From: Podarcis bocagei
Lineage: Eukaryota
Length of the DNA: 64,000 bases
Reading direction: 5' to 3' (one strand)
Assembly: GCA_964188305.1 (NCBI GenBank)
Contig: OZ076900.1
Shown: positions 1-11,960 of the stretch, piece by piece
Numbering within the stretch: the first letter of the stretch is position 1
Layout: each line of letters begins with the position of its first letter
Translations under genes and position numbers: made by a program
The notes under the pieces: generated by a model
The model's input: the letters and a program-made list of their open reading frames with translations, nothing else
Told to the model about the DNA's origin: nothing
Database searches by the model: none

Positions 1-293
1 GTGGCCCTCCTAATTATATTCATTGTAATTTTTTAATATGAGCCGCCTTAGGAAGAACTTTATTCTTGAAGGATGCTGTAGAAATATATTGAATGAATGA
101 ATAAATAAATGGAAAAGTGTGTGCGCGCACACACATATGTGTAAACCTCTTTGACTTCTTCAGTCTGCGTTACAAAGGATGGATGGCGGACTCCAACTCC
201 TATCAGCTCCAGCCAGCATAGGCCAAAAGCCAGGGTTCCTCATTCATTGTACAAAGACAAGGGTCGCACCCATTGCTCTGCCCATGCCCATTA

Positions 294-526
294 CAATGGT
301 ACGTCTGAACTTACGAACTTAATTCGTTCTGGAGGTCCGTTCTTAACCTGAAACCGTTCTTAACCTGAGGTACCACTTTAGGTAATGGGGCCTCACGCTG
401 CTGCCGTGCGATTTCTGTTCTCATCCTGGATCAAAGTTCTTAACCTGAGGTACTACTTCCGGGTTAGTGGAGTCTGTAACCCGAAGTGTTTGTAACCTGA
501 GGTGTATGTAACCCGAGGTACCACTG
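294..526. mobile_element. Tc1/mariner (Tigger-like) MITE
   Basis: TA|CAATGGTACG...GAGGTACCACTG|TA with internal aacctgag repeats; same family as 22095-22336. Confidence 0.8.
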
Positions 527-3239
527 TACTGGTATGCCACAAGGGGAGTGTGGTCTTCTGGCGGTGAAAACCTTTCCATGCTGCTGTTTATAGAGCTTGA
601 AAAGATGTAGAAGAAACCATCAAGAATATCAGAAGAATGGGCTGTCCAACTGTGACACAGAGTGCCTTGAAGATGGTGGGCTCTTCTTGGCTAGAGGTTT
701 TTCAGCAGAGGCTGTGGGACCCCCCCACCCCGGTCAGGGTACTGTAGCCAGTCATACAGAGATACACCATGAAGCCTCCTCAGAGGACAGATTATTCTTT
801 GCATCTTTGAGGGTGATTTGAGTGATTCAGGTATACAGATACACAGTAGAACTGTCCTAGCAGAGGCAAGTTAAAAGTTCTGGGAAGCTGCCTTATACTG
901 AGTCAGACCATTGGCCCACCCAGCTCAGCATTGTCTACACTGACTGGCAGTGGCTTTCCAAGATGTTACACGCAAAGCAGAATCTTCACCACTGAGCTAG
1001 GGCCTTCTCCAAGAACAGTGAGTTAAAGAGAGATGCAACTGACAGCATCCTCCATGTGCTTGCTTTTGTGTTCCCATGATTTTTCAAATCCATTTATTTC
1101 TTGTGGCTCAATAGATCTGGAATTTCTGTCCCGTGTTATTTGCAACTGTCCTGTTAGCCTCCAAACCCTTTATGACAGGACATGTGTTCATCCAATGCTA
1201 TTTGCTACATATCTACACAGAAATAGTAAGTCCCATTGAGCGTTTCAGCCTTAGACTATTTTATCAATTCCTATTACCTTCAAGTTCATATTTTGATTTA
1301 CACCAGCAGCTTTGGTCTGTAACCCTTTTTCTTTCTAGGATTGTATGCTTTCACCTACTATATTTCAAATTGATTTTTTTTTTAATCCCTTTGCCGAAGT
1401 GAAACCTTTCAACTCATTTCCAAATGTGTCTTGGTGAGGACAAATTTCAATCTTGCCATTTTCCTGTCGTGTTAGAAAGGGTTGTCGTTCATTAACGTGC
1501 GAGATGGCATCGGCTGGGAGCTACAAGGGCAATTAAATAGCACAGAACGTCTTTGATTTGCATTTCTGGGCTGTGTAAATGTAAGGAAGGCCGTTGCTGG
1601 ATTATTCTTTCTCTCTCTCTCTCTCAATGAAAAGCGCAAGTTGTTCCTTTGATAGATTTTTAATATGATTTTAAAAGAGTTTTGTTTGGCCTCATTCTTA
1701 GGCAATGAGATTAATTTAAAGCACTTATCCCCTGGGTTTAAGTCAATCCATGTAGGCCTTTGGACAGAGGGATTCTTTTAGGGGAGGGGGGACTTTGTTT
1801 GCAATGCCTCTGAAAGAGACTCTTTTCCCACTTTATTAACCCCAGAGCTGGGGACAATCCCCTCCTCCGCCCTCTCACACCCTTCTTATACACACACACA
1901 CACACTCACACACAGAAAAAGAAACCCTAGGGATTTACCAAATTCAGCCCCTGACCTGGGCTTCTGGGCTTCCTTTCTCATGTAAAATCAACACCTTTCA
2001 AAAGGGAGATGTTTGACTTAATGAGCTGCTTCTGCTTCCTTGATGTTTTTTTTTTTGGGGGGGGGGGTTAAAAAACAAAAAAAGGCAAGAATCCACCAAG
2101 TAGAGCACCAGAAAACTCCATTCTTAAAAGAAAAAACGACAGGGGAACTTTTAATGGTAATCTAAGGCTGCATATGCACCATGTATTTGAAACACTATTA
2201 TACCATTTTAAACAGGCATTACTTTCCTCCCCCCAAAACCCCTGGGAACTGTAGTTTATTCAGAGTGCTGAGAATTGTTAGGAGACCCCTTACTTCTCAC
2301 ACAGCTACAGTTCCCAATATTCCCTGGGAAGAGGTGTTGGTTGTTAAACCGTTCTGGGAACTGTAGTTCTGTGGGGAATAAGAATCTCCTAACAACTCTC
2401 ATTTTGAGCTCCTTGGATGAAAGCTGGGATAGAAATGTCATAATAATAACAACAAATAATTATAACTAATTATATATTTCATACGAGATCAGTTTTTCCA
2501 ATATCATTCCAATAACAGCCTCAGTAAAACAATGCCAGTATTATCCAATTAATACAATTATTAATACTGGTTATTTAAATACCAAATTATACAATTTAGT
2601 TAAAGTGGGCCCCCTCATGTGTTAAATTTGATGGCTTCCTTCCTTAATTATAACTAATTATAATCAGTCCAGGGGGTGGCACTGCCAGTTAACTTCCTCC
2701 AGTCAGTCCAAGTTTCGCTGTTGCAGAACATTGCAAGGAAGAGGGTGGGCATAAAACTTGAATGAATTGCCTCCACCTGTCATTGGCTCTGGCTCTGCCT
2801 ACTGTTGGTCTCCTTGCCTTCTGCCTCACCAGTCCCAAGGGCCACCAGCCACCACCAACACTCCACACCTGTTGCAGGCCCCATTTTTATTCTTATACAA
2901 AACAGATAGGCAAGTTCATGGAAGATGGGCCAGGCAACAGTTGTTTGTAGCAGCAGTTAAATGGAACATTCATATGCAGAGACTGTCTACCTGAGACCCC
3001 TGAATTATCGGAATAAGCCATGGGAGGTGTTTTGTTCTGTGACCAACTGGATACATCTTGTCTGGCTGCCACCAGGAGAAAGGCTGGGCCTCATTTTAAA
3101 TTAAGTTATCCATTGATTTTATTATCCTTTTACACAGCCTTTATGAAAATCAGTTTGGTGGTGTATAACAAATCAAAACCTAAGAACAAACCATAATATG
3201 AACTAATAAAAAAAAAATCTTGCAAATGTTAAAAGCTCA

Positions 3240-4470
3240 GGTTTTTAAAATAATGTTTATTCATTTTCATTCTTCACATCACGCATAAAACGTAAGTCAA
3301 AACACATCAACCACGTTGCTTAAAAATATCAAATAAAATTATTACAAATCACTCCAAGAAATCTTTCCCTATATTACCATGAGAACTCAGTCTTCTTAAC
3401 CCATATCATCCAAAAATGGTTGCCACACAATATAGAAAAGCTGTTGCTTAGAATTCCCTTTGGTAGCACAAATCTGGCTCATCAGCTTTTCAGTCAGGGC
3501 TATTGTCCATGCTATGGAGTATCACACTTCAGTTTTCAGGCCCGAGCATGGCTATTTCCATGTTTTCCACTGTGAGGAGGAACATTAAAAGTTCTTCATG
3601 AGCAATTGGTGGAGTAGATATGTCCTTTATTCAAAGTAAAGCAAGTTAGAGGGTAAGGTTGTAGGTCCACTTTGAATATTAAACTCATTTTTTTAAATAT
3701 CAAAACCCAAAAATGGGTAAACAGATTTGCAAAACCATCCATATGGATGTAAGATCCAGTCTTCCTACATCCCTTCTAACAGGTTGATGTTGCCCCTGGT
3801 ATCTTGTGGGATATTTGCAAGCAGAAAATATATCGCCTATGTATGCGTTTCAAAGAGAATGCCATTAATTGGGCCGAAACTGTTTTAAAACATCCTATGC
3901 CCCCCAACTCAAAGTGTTTTCCATTTTTCATTGGAGATTATTACTTCAAGGTCCATTTCCCAGGGAATTTTTGTGGTCATAAGATGTCCAAATTCTACCT
4001 CAGTTAGTATTTTGTACATGGTTGGTACTTTACCCTCTGATGTTGCAGGAACAATTTTTTCTCCACACATTTTATTTTAATCGATACTCATCAAAAGATG
4101 TACAAAAGTTTATACCCAATACAAAGCATCTTTTTGTTATATACCAGAATAAAAGAAATATTTTTAAAATCTAATTTTTTAAAAAAACAGGAGCAAAGAG
4201 AAGGGAGAAGGAAAAAAGAAATAAAAAGAAAATTTAAAAAGGGAAAAAATAGAAAAAGATTAAAAGACTTCTGATTCTCTTGACAGCTAAATATAGCAAC
4301 TAGTTCAAAGTATTCACTGAAATTGACATCCAACTATTCTATTTTCTATAAGCCAACATTTTCTCAATCTTCAAATCCAGATATTACAAGTTCATTTTCT
4401 CTTTCACGCAAAAAGTCCATAAGAAGTTTCCAGTCCTTAATAAATGTCAACAAAGATTTTTCTCTGATTG
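3240..4470 (-). mobile_element. Degenerate L1-like LINE 3' fragments
   Basis: AT-rich sequence with minus-strand remnants resembling L1 ORF2 C-terminus and 3'UTR tails; not aligned. Confidence 0.45.
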
Positions 4471-4689
4471 TTCTCTGTAGCAGGAACATTGACTATAAGT
4501 TGTTCAAAAGCAGTCAACTCTCGGTCTGCTTGAATGGCTATACATGGTTTTAACAGAAAGAAAAACAATTGATTAAAATTAGACAATGACCATGTTACAT
4601 TGGGAATGTCAGCCAATATCTGCTTTTTATTGGGGGGGGGGGGGACTCTTTACATTAAAATCTCGAGTCTATAGAAAACTTAGTGGTTT

Positions 4690-5330
4690 TTTGTTTTTGT
4701 TTTAACTGTGCCTTGATACCTTTCCTAACAACAGTGACGTGGGTGGGTGTGATTGCATTCCTTCATCTGGGGGTAATGGAGGGAAAAGCTCTCCCCCACA
4801 TGCCTGTCAAGTGGGCCTCTGCTGGCAGTCATATCTTCATAAGGGTCTCTCCTGCAGCTCTTAACAAGGGGGCAGGTTCATAATGAGGCATGCAGCCCCA
4901 GAGGAACTAAGCCGCTTAGGGCTTTAAACATCTCCTGAGCCTGGGGAACAATTGCTTGGCCATTACATTTTGCATCATTTGAAGCGCTGCACTGACCGGA
5001 CAGTCTTCTAGGGTAGCTCCATGTAACTCAGTTTGCAGTAATCCGAACAGCAATGCAGAGAAGGCATGGGTAACTAGTGCTAAATCAGACTGACTCAAGA
5101 GATGTGATGGTTGGTACTCCTTGCCACCACAGCTGCAAGGCTCAAGGGGAGTACAACCCTTTCCACAGCAGGCCAGGCCCTAGTCCCTGAGGCAGACTGA
5201 CGAAACAGCACCTCCATCTGTCAGGGGTTATTGGAGTTGTCACATAGCAACATCCAGAGGGCCACAGTTTAGCCTCTTCTGATGTTTCCCAAGAGTGAAT
5301 GGCTCTGACCAAAAGGGACAGTGGTGGAGC
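4690..5330 (-). mobile_element. Old L2 LINE fragment
   Basis: Minus-strand translation LALVTHAFS..GLLQTELHGATLED.. resembles frameshifted L2 'VTHALVTSRLDYCN..LPLKT..LQLVQN'. Confidence 0.55.
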
Positions 5331-5589
5331 TGAGGTATTACTTTCAACCAGTAGCAAGAGGGGTGGGCAACCTCCAGAAAGTGCTGGAATCCTGTAAGAT
5401 CAGGCCAAAGGGGGCCCATCTAGTCCAGCATCTTGTTCTCACCATGGCCAACCAAATGCTTCAGTGGGAAACTCACTAGCAGGACTGGAGCACAGGAGAA
5501 CTCTCCCTTCCTGCAGTTTCCAGCAACTGGTATTCCAAGGGATGCTGCCACAGGGGTGCAGCCATCATGGCTAGTAGCAGTACTACATT

Positions 5590-6091
5590 CAGGGCCTTTT
5601 TTTTCAGGGGGAACTCACAGGAACTCGGTTCCGGCACCTCTTAGGCATACCCTCCAACATTTCTCCGATGTCCTTGTCCCATTCCATAATGATTAATCAA
5701 CTATATATACCCCACACGTCTCACTGGGTTTGCCCAGCCACTCTGGGCAGCTTCCAACATAAAAACATAATAAAACATGAAACATTTTTAAAAACTCCCC
5801 TATACAGGATTGCCTTCAGACGGCTCGGAGGCCGGATAACTCCATACCCTCCAACATTTCTTCAGTGAAAATAGGGACGGCCTAAGGAAAAGTGGGACAT
5901 ACTGGGATCAAATCAGAAACCTGGACAGCTTCTCAAAATCAGGGACATCCCTGGAAAATAGGGATACTTGGAGGATCTGCTCTCAGGTGGGTTCTGGCAC
6001 CTCTCAGGTTGGTGCCACTGCCATTCTAAGAGACTGAGGGAGGTGTTCATAGTGAGTTCTGGCACCTTTTTTTTCTAGAAAAATACTACTG
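5590..6091. mobile_element. Non-autonomous hAT MITE inserted in the left terminus of the large hAT element
   Basis: Ends CAGGGCCTTTTTT...AAAAATACTACTG, internal repeated 'gttccggcacctc', degenerate TSD actacatt/gctatatt. Confidence 0.65.
5646..5979. mobile_element. Non-autonomous hAT MITE nested in the previous MITE
   Basis: TIR CATACCCTCCAA...TTGGAGGATCTG; TSD ctcttagg (5638-5645) / ctctcagg (5980-5987). Confidence 0.75.
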
Positions 6092-6729
6092 GCTATATTT
6101 ACATACAGACTGAACAGGCTGCATCCCAGGGCCTCATAATCTAGGAGGGCCTCGGCCTCTCCCCCCCCCCCCCATTCTAAAAAAACAGGCAAATTTTACA
6201 ATCTAGGCCCAGTTCCTTAGTAACGTTAAACATGTGACACACGAGTCTATGACAAGTGAATACTTATTGTTTAGTAAATTCGTGGAGGCTTTAAAGCTAC
6301 TCAGAATCAAATAATATTGTCCACTACAAAGCAATGCAGGTGTTCAGATCACTGTCTATCATTACAGTGTGTGTTTTAAGAACAAGTGAGGATCCTTTTA
6401 TATCACTGTGAATCACCTTTTTGTGAAAATAATAATGAGCAAGCAATATGAAAGTGGTGCTAGTAAATGAAAGTGACGAAAAGAACAGAAGGAAGTACTC
6501 CCAACATTTAAAGCCAATCACGTCATACGGCTTTGTACAGCCGGCAAAAACAGCCCTACATAATCCCTCAGATACAGAACGTTCGTGTTTACAAATAGAA
6601 GAAAATCAAGTAGACGACACTAAGCAGTTTGAGCAGAACAACCGGTTTATATACAGAGCGCAGCCTCCCAAGAACTTTGAGAACTGTTTTCAGTGACTAC
6701 AGCCACAAGTACTGGACCTACAAAGACTA

Positions 6730-7160
6730 CCATATTTTTCGCCCCATAAGAACGCACCTAGTTTTTTGGGGGGGAAATAAAGAAAAAAAATTTATTTCCC
6801 CCCCCCCCAGGCGCGGGGCTGGGGCGGGAAGATGCCCCCCGAGTTTGCGGGGCTGGCGGCGGGGAGAAGCAGGCTTCTCCCGCCGCCAGCCTTCTAACCA
6901 AGTTGGGGGACAGCCTCTCCCGCTATCCCCCGAGTTTGCGGGGCTGGCGACGGGGAGGAGCAGGCTTCTCCCCGCCGCCAGCCTCCAAACCAGGTCGGGG
7001 GACAGTGGGATGGCAGCGTTCCGCCTCCCCGCTGTCCCCCGAGCTTGTGGGGCTGGCGGTGGGGCTCTCCTGAAGCCTGCATTTGCCCCACAGGACGCAC
7101 ACACATTTCCCCTTCATTTTTTGAGGGGGAAAAGTACATCCTATAGGGCGAAAAATACGG
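6730..7160. mobile_element. Tc1/mariner (pogo/Tc2-like) MITE with GC-rich internal inverted repeats
   Basis: TA|CCATATTTTTCGCCCCATA ... TATAGGGCGAAAAATACGG|TA terminal inverted repeats with TA target duplication. Confidence 0.8.
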
Positions 7161-7173
7161 TAACACAAGGTAC

Positions 7174-7345
7174 CAGAGGCAGATTTAGGGGAGTGCAACT
7201 GGTTTGGTCACACTGAACGCAGAGCCTTGAGGGCACCACAAGAGATGCTGCAATTATGGTGTAGAATGGAGCGAGATGGGTGGGGAGTACCAAATCCTGG
7301 TGTTGCATAGGGCACCTCTGAAATTTGAGACCCCATGTTCCGCAA
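7174..7345. mobile_element. Short hAT-like MITE fragment
   Basis: Starts CAGAGGCAGATTTAGGG, resembling hAT MITE termini. The right end and TSD are not resolved. Confidence 0.4.
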
Positions 7346-7349
7346 CATG

Positions 7350-9500
7350 CCACGAGATAGTTATACCAAAAGAAGCAGTTAAAGCTCAATGCAATCTTAA
7401 AGAATTGGAAAACAAAGCAAATGATCTCAGCGAAAACCCCAGCACCACATACACAAAATTACTAACTAGTTATTTCAGAGACAATAATGATGTAGGTTTA
7501 TGGATAATGTTGAATAACGAGGAAATATTCTGTATTGATTCTATTCCACCAAAAGTAAATTGAAAAACCTACCCTCAGGAATGGCTAATGTATTCTCTCA
7601 CAACAGGAAAGGTCTACTAGTTTGTGTGCAAATTTTTCACTAACCTAACTACCTTCTAATGACTCTGATTATTAGCATCACACTTATCTTGTTCGAACCC
7701 ACAAAAACTCTAAAAATCATATTAACCCTATGCTAACATGCTTAACAAGAAAGCATGATCACATGCTCACATCAAAATGAGCAGGATTACTGGAGGCACG
7801 TACTTCAGTGAGTTATTGCACTGATTTCTCTTTTGGCAGAACGTGGCTTGGCGTTTAGGGGAAATAAAATTCAGGAATTCAGTTCACCAAATAATGGTAA
7901 CTTTCTGGAATTGCTTGAATTAATTGCCAGATTTGATCCCTTCCTGTGTGCTCACATAAATCGGTATGGAGGTAAAGGCTTTGGTCACCCTTACTTATCC
8001 AAAGCCATATGCGACGAGGTTATCCAGGTGATGGCTAATACAGTTCAAGAAGCAATACCAAATGACTTCAAATAGGCAGGTTATTTTAGTTTATCAGTCA
8101 ATTCAACCCCTGATGTTTCCCATGTTTATCAGCTTACTGTCATTGTTAGATATGTTTCTCCCCACGATGGATTACCAGCTCAATGCTTTCTGAGTCTTTT
8201 TGAACTGAAAGATCACACCAGTGAAAGTATGGCTGAGCTGATTCTGAACTTGAAATAGATTTCAGCAAATCTAGAGGACAGTCATATGACAATGCAGCCA
8301 ATATGGCTGAAAACTATAACGGCAACCAACCAAAAATGCTGGAAAGGAACAAGTTTGCAAAGATTATTCCATGCATTGGACATTCTCTAAATCTCTTTGG
8401 CTGAACTGCATTTTACTCATGCCTGGTTGCAATGATTTTTTACCACAATAGATTAACTTCATTGTTTTTTCTCAGCTACTTCAGAAAGATGGGCAGTGAT
8501 AAAAGAATTCTTGCTTTTGGGTCAAAAGTTCCTAAACATTTATCCGACACAATAAGAGAGGCTCATGGCAAAGCTACTGCAGCTATTGGTGAAAGTTATA
8601 CTTACATTGTTGAATTCCTCAGTCATATTTACTGTGGTGAAACCGAAAAAGGAGATACTAGACAACAAGCTGTAAATCTTCCGCAAAAAATGGAAGGATT
8701 TGAATTCATGTTTATGCTCCACCTTTGAACAGTTTTGCTAGACCAATTTCATAAAGTTAGCAAGGCACTCCCAAGTTTGCAAATTTTATTGAGCACATGT
8801 GTAAATATTTACAGCTCACTATTACACTTTGTATCAAACACCCAGGTTAAGTTTGATGAAACTGAACAGCAAGAAAAATTTACTCTACCAGAGGTAGAGT
8901 GCAAAACTGTCAAAAGAAGGTACGGGGTGGGGGGTGGGGAATGATGGGACAGCACCTGAAACCTTAAACAAACTTTCTCAAAGAGTTAAGGGTAAATTCA
9001 TTTACACCTGTCATGGTCACTCTTAAAGCCAATGTAAACAGAAGGGCAACAGTGTATAGGAGCTGGCAATTTTTCTTTTGTGGTGAACCTTCAAGCAACC
9101 AAGGAGCATATTCACAATGGCATTGTGATTTTGGTGCAAAGTACCCAAAGGATGTTGACCTTAGTCTAGTGTCAATGAACGCTTGCACTTCTACCTGTAT
9201 GTCAAACCAGCTCACCCTGAAAAAGAAAATTTCACCCACCAAGATATGCATCAAGTAATATTCCAGGAAAAATTCAGACAGCTTTTCCAAATGTGGAAAC
9301 AATTTTTAGATTGTTCCTGCGTTTAATGGTTACAAACTGTACTGGCGAAACATCATTTTATAGACTAAAAAGGATACAGAATGATCTACGCTCAACAATG
9401 TCCCAAGAATGATTGTGTGATCTAAGCATTCTCTGCATATAAAATGATAAACTGTGACTTACTGATTTTAATGATATAATTAAGTTTGCACCCAAAAGAC
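7350..9500 (+). pseudogene. hAT transposase pseudogene (many stops and frameshifts)
   Basis: Fragments LAERGLAFRG..NNGNFLELLELIARFDPFL (DUF4371-like), STPDVSHVYQLTVIVRYV, RGQSYDNAANM, IPCIGHSLNL, and a C-terminal dimerisation-like segment FPNVETIFRLFLRLMVTNCTGETSFYRLKRIQNDLRSTMSQE. Confidence 0.85.
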
Positions 9501-9837
9501 CTTGAAAGAAACTGTTCTGACCTTGTATATAGTGCAATGTTGTAACTTTGCTATAATTTCCCCTATGAAGGTTCTGTGTGGATGTGTTCATTAATTCCAT
9601 AAATTTATAAACAATCTTTTAATCAGTGCTAAAATTTCAGAAATGTTCTACTTTCACTGAGTTGATAAAGAAGAGAACGGGGTTTTGTTTCTCATGATCA
9701 GATGCTATTCAGTTTGGGCCTCTCAAGATCTCTTAGCCTAGCACCTCAAGTTGCTTTCATCTGGGTCTGCCTATTAGCCACTGATAGCCTTTATCTCCAT
9801 GAATTTGTCCAATCCTCTTTTAAAGATATCATTTTTA

Positions 9838-10165
9838 AAAAAGGTAAAGGACTCCTGACCATTAGGTCCAGTCGCGAACGACTCTGGAGTTGTGGCGCTC
9901 ATCTCGCTTTACTGGCTGAGGGAGCCGGCATACAGCTTCTGGGTCATGTGGCCAGCATGACTAAGCTGCTTCTGGTGAACCAGAGCAGTGCACGGAAACG
10001 CTGTTTACCTTACCGCCGGAGCTGTACCTATTTATCTACTTGCACTTTGACGTGCTTTCGAACTGCTAGGTGGGCAGAAGCAGGGACTCACCCCATCACG
10101 GGGATTCGAACCACCAACCTTCCAATCGGCAAGCCCAGGGTTTAGACCACAGCGCCACTCGCATC
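9838..10165 (-). mobile_element. Sauria-type SINE, near full length
   Basis: Reverse complement of gtggcgctgtgg..ttcgaatcccc..agcagttcgaaagcacgtcaaagtgcaagtagataaataggtac..ggacctaatggtcagg..(ccttta)n tail. Confidence 0.9.
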
Positions 10166-10519
10166 ATAGATGGTGGCTATAACTGTCTCCTATAGGAGAG
10201 AGTTCCATAGTTTAGCTACGCACTGTGTGAAGGCCTTTCTTCTATCTGTCCTGAATCTTCAAACATTCAGCTTCATTGGATTTCTGCAAGGATCTAGTGT
10301 TATGAAAGAAGGATGGGGAAAATGCATCCACTGTCTCCAATCCATGCATAATTTTATAAATTTCTACTGTGTTGCTTCTTACTTGCCTTTTTTCCCAATG
10401 AAAAAGTCAAAAATACTGCAGCCTTTCCTCATAGGAGAGTTGCTCCAGAATGGGTGCTGGAGTCATGCAACATCTGAAGGGCTGCAGACTTCCCAGCCCT
10501 GAGTAAGAGTGAAGACAGA

Positions 10520-10845
10520 GACCACATTCACACCATACATGTAAAGCACTATGATGCCACTTTAAGTAGTCAAGTCTTCCCCCCTCAAAAAAAAAATTAT
10601 GGGAGTTGTAGTTTGTTAAGGGTGCTGAGAGTTCTCAGGAACAACTTCCCCGCCCATTACCCTCAAAGCTACAATTTCCAGAATTCCCCATGAAGACAAA
10701 TTGACTGCTAATACACTATGGGAATCGTAGCTCTGTGAGGGGAATGCAGGGGTCTCTTTTAACAACTTTCAGCACCTTTATGAAACTGCAGCTCTCAGAA
10801 TTATTTGGGGAAGTCATGACTGTTTAAAGTGGTATCATGGCGTTC
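10520..10845. mobile_element. About 300-bp inverted-repeat MITE (related copies at about 2165-2410, 15120-15235, 51275-51490)
   Basis: Shared tgggagttgtagtttgttaagggtgctgagag ... ctctcagcaccctt..aaactacagttcccag foldback structure. Confidence 0.6.
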
Positions 10846-11409
10846 ACATTTTGCATCACAATTCTCCAGCCTGCAGGTACAGAAATGCATGTACTGGGGC
10901 AAAGTGTGCATAAAAATGCATATAATAATGAAAATGGCATACACAAATGTATCACACTGGGGGATATGGCTTGCAAATAAATGTATATGTTAGGCAAAAC
11001 TGCCTACAAAGATGAGTCTGTTAGGAGAAATTAACACTTAAAATGCTGGTGAATATTATCATCAACATCACAGATTATTCACTGCCTTCTAAACCACTGC
11101 CTCCAGGAGATTTACATATAAGATGACTAAGAACAGTTAAACTAAAACAACTGATACATTAAAAACAAGACTGAAACCCTAACAAGTGGTAACACTCATG
11201 GTAAAGACTGAGGAAGTTTTCATGAGAACTTTAAACAAATGGACAGCGGACAGTAAGACAAGAAATGGAAAGAGAAAAACAAAATTGGCAAATTCTCCCA
11301 TCCGTAGCGAAGCAAACATTTTCTGCAGCTCCTTAGATCATTTCTATGCCTATCCATTTTCAACCCTAGGGCCCTCCTTCTCTCCTCCCTGCTGAGGATC
11401 TCTGCATAG

Positions 11410-11960
11410 CTCTTTCATTTATCGCCATTTGTTGTCCCTCCGCTTGAGTGTCTGACCTGCATGCATATATTTTTGCAGCCTGGCCTGCAGGTTGGGGAGG
11501 AGATCTGTGTGTGTGTTTGTGTGTGCAAAGGGGGGTGGGTGACGTTGGTCTGGCAGAGGAGGCCTGGTTCTGTGTAAAGAGCTAAGCCTCGCAACCCATC
11601 TGTCAGCTTCCCAAGACAGAGAGCAGCTCCCAGGCTTGTCCCGGTGACCAGCTGCTGGGGGAGATGCAGGCCAAAGGCAGATGAGCAACTTAAGTCCTTT
11701 CCTTCTCTTGTTCCTCCCCTTTCCCCTTTTCATTATTGCTGGAGGGTGGAAGGCACTCTTTTTTGTTTTTTCACCAAAGCGATCATTTAAGGCCATTATC
11801 TGTTTGCAAGATGAGCGTTAATAATTCACTGTCGCTGGCAAGGTCCCCGCCTCCCTGACCCTCTCCAGCTCTCCGACTCTGCTTTCAGAAGGTACAGAGG
11901 GCAGAGAAACAACAAAAATAAGCCCCACCGGTGGAGGCTGGTCCACTGGTGCAAGTGCCC
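11410..11960. promoter_or_regulatory. Candidate 3' enhancer of BARHL1 with clustered proneural-type E-boxes
   Basis: CATCTG 11597-11602, CAGCTG 11649-11654 and CAGATG 11678-11683 in unique sequence 3' of the gene. Confidence 0.45.

Larger units (their letters stand above)
5578..9769 (+). mobile_element. Decayed, once-autonomous hAT (Tip100/ZMYM1-like) DNA transposon
   Basis: CAG...CTG termini with a degenerate 8-bp TSD (gctagtag 5570-5577 / cctattag 9770-9777) interrupting a CR1 tail that resumes correctly on the other side. Contains transposase remnants. Confidence 0.8.
5394..10447 (-). mobile_element. CR1 LINE 3' fragment split by the hAT element and a SINE (pieces about 5394-5577, 9770-9835, 10165-10447)
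   Basis: CR1-type tail sequence (gatcaggcc..catctagtccagcatc..ccatcatggctagtag | ccactgatagcc..ccatgaatttgtccaatcctcttttaaag..) is continuous across the insertions. Confidence 0.7.

Noticed and set aside
597-821. 74-aa ORF after an AG, considered as a DDX31 exon
   Set aside because: No resemblance to DDX31, and the middle matches a degenerate CR1 3' end (ggtgggctcttc..gaggtttttcagcagagg).
6835-7070. Repeat-spacer appearance resembling a CRISPR array
   Set aside because: Eukaryotic context, inside a TIR element, spacers not unique, and no cas genes.
6629-7216. 195-aa and overlapping GC-rich ORFs
   Set aside because: They lie within a MITE whose GC-rich repeats lack stop codons.
7833-8075. 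ZMYM1-like ORF as a domesticated host gene
   Set aside because: Part of a frameshifted transposase with stops, inside an element with termini and a TSD.
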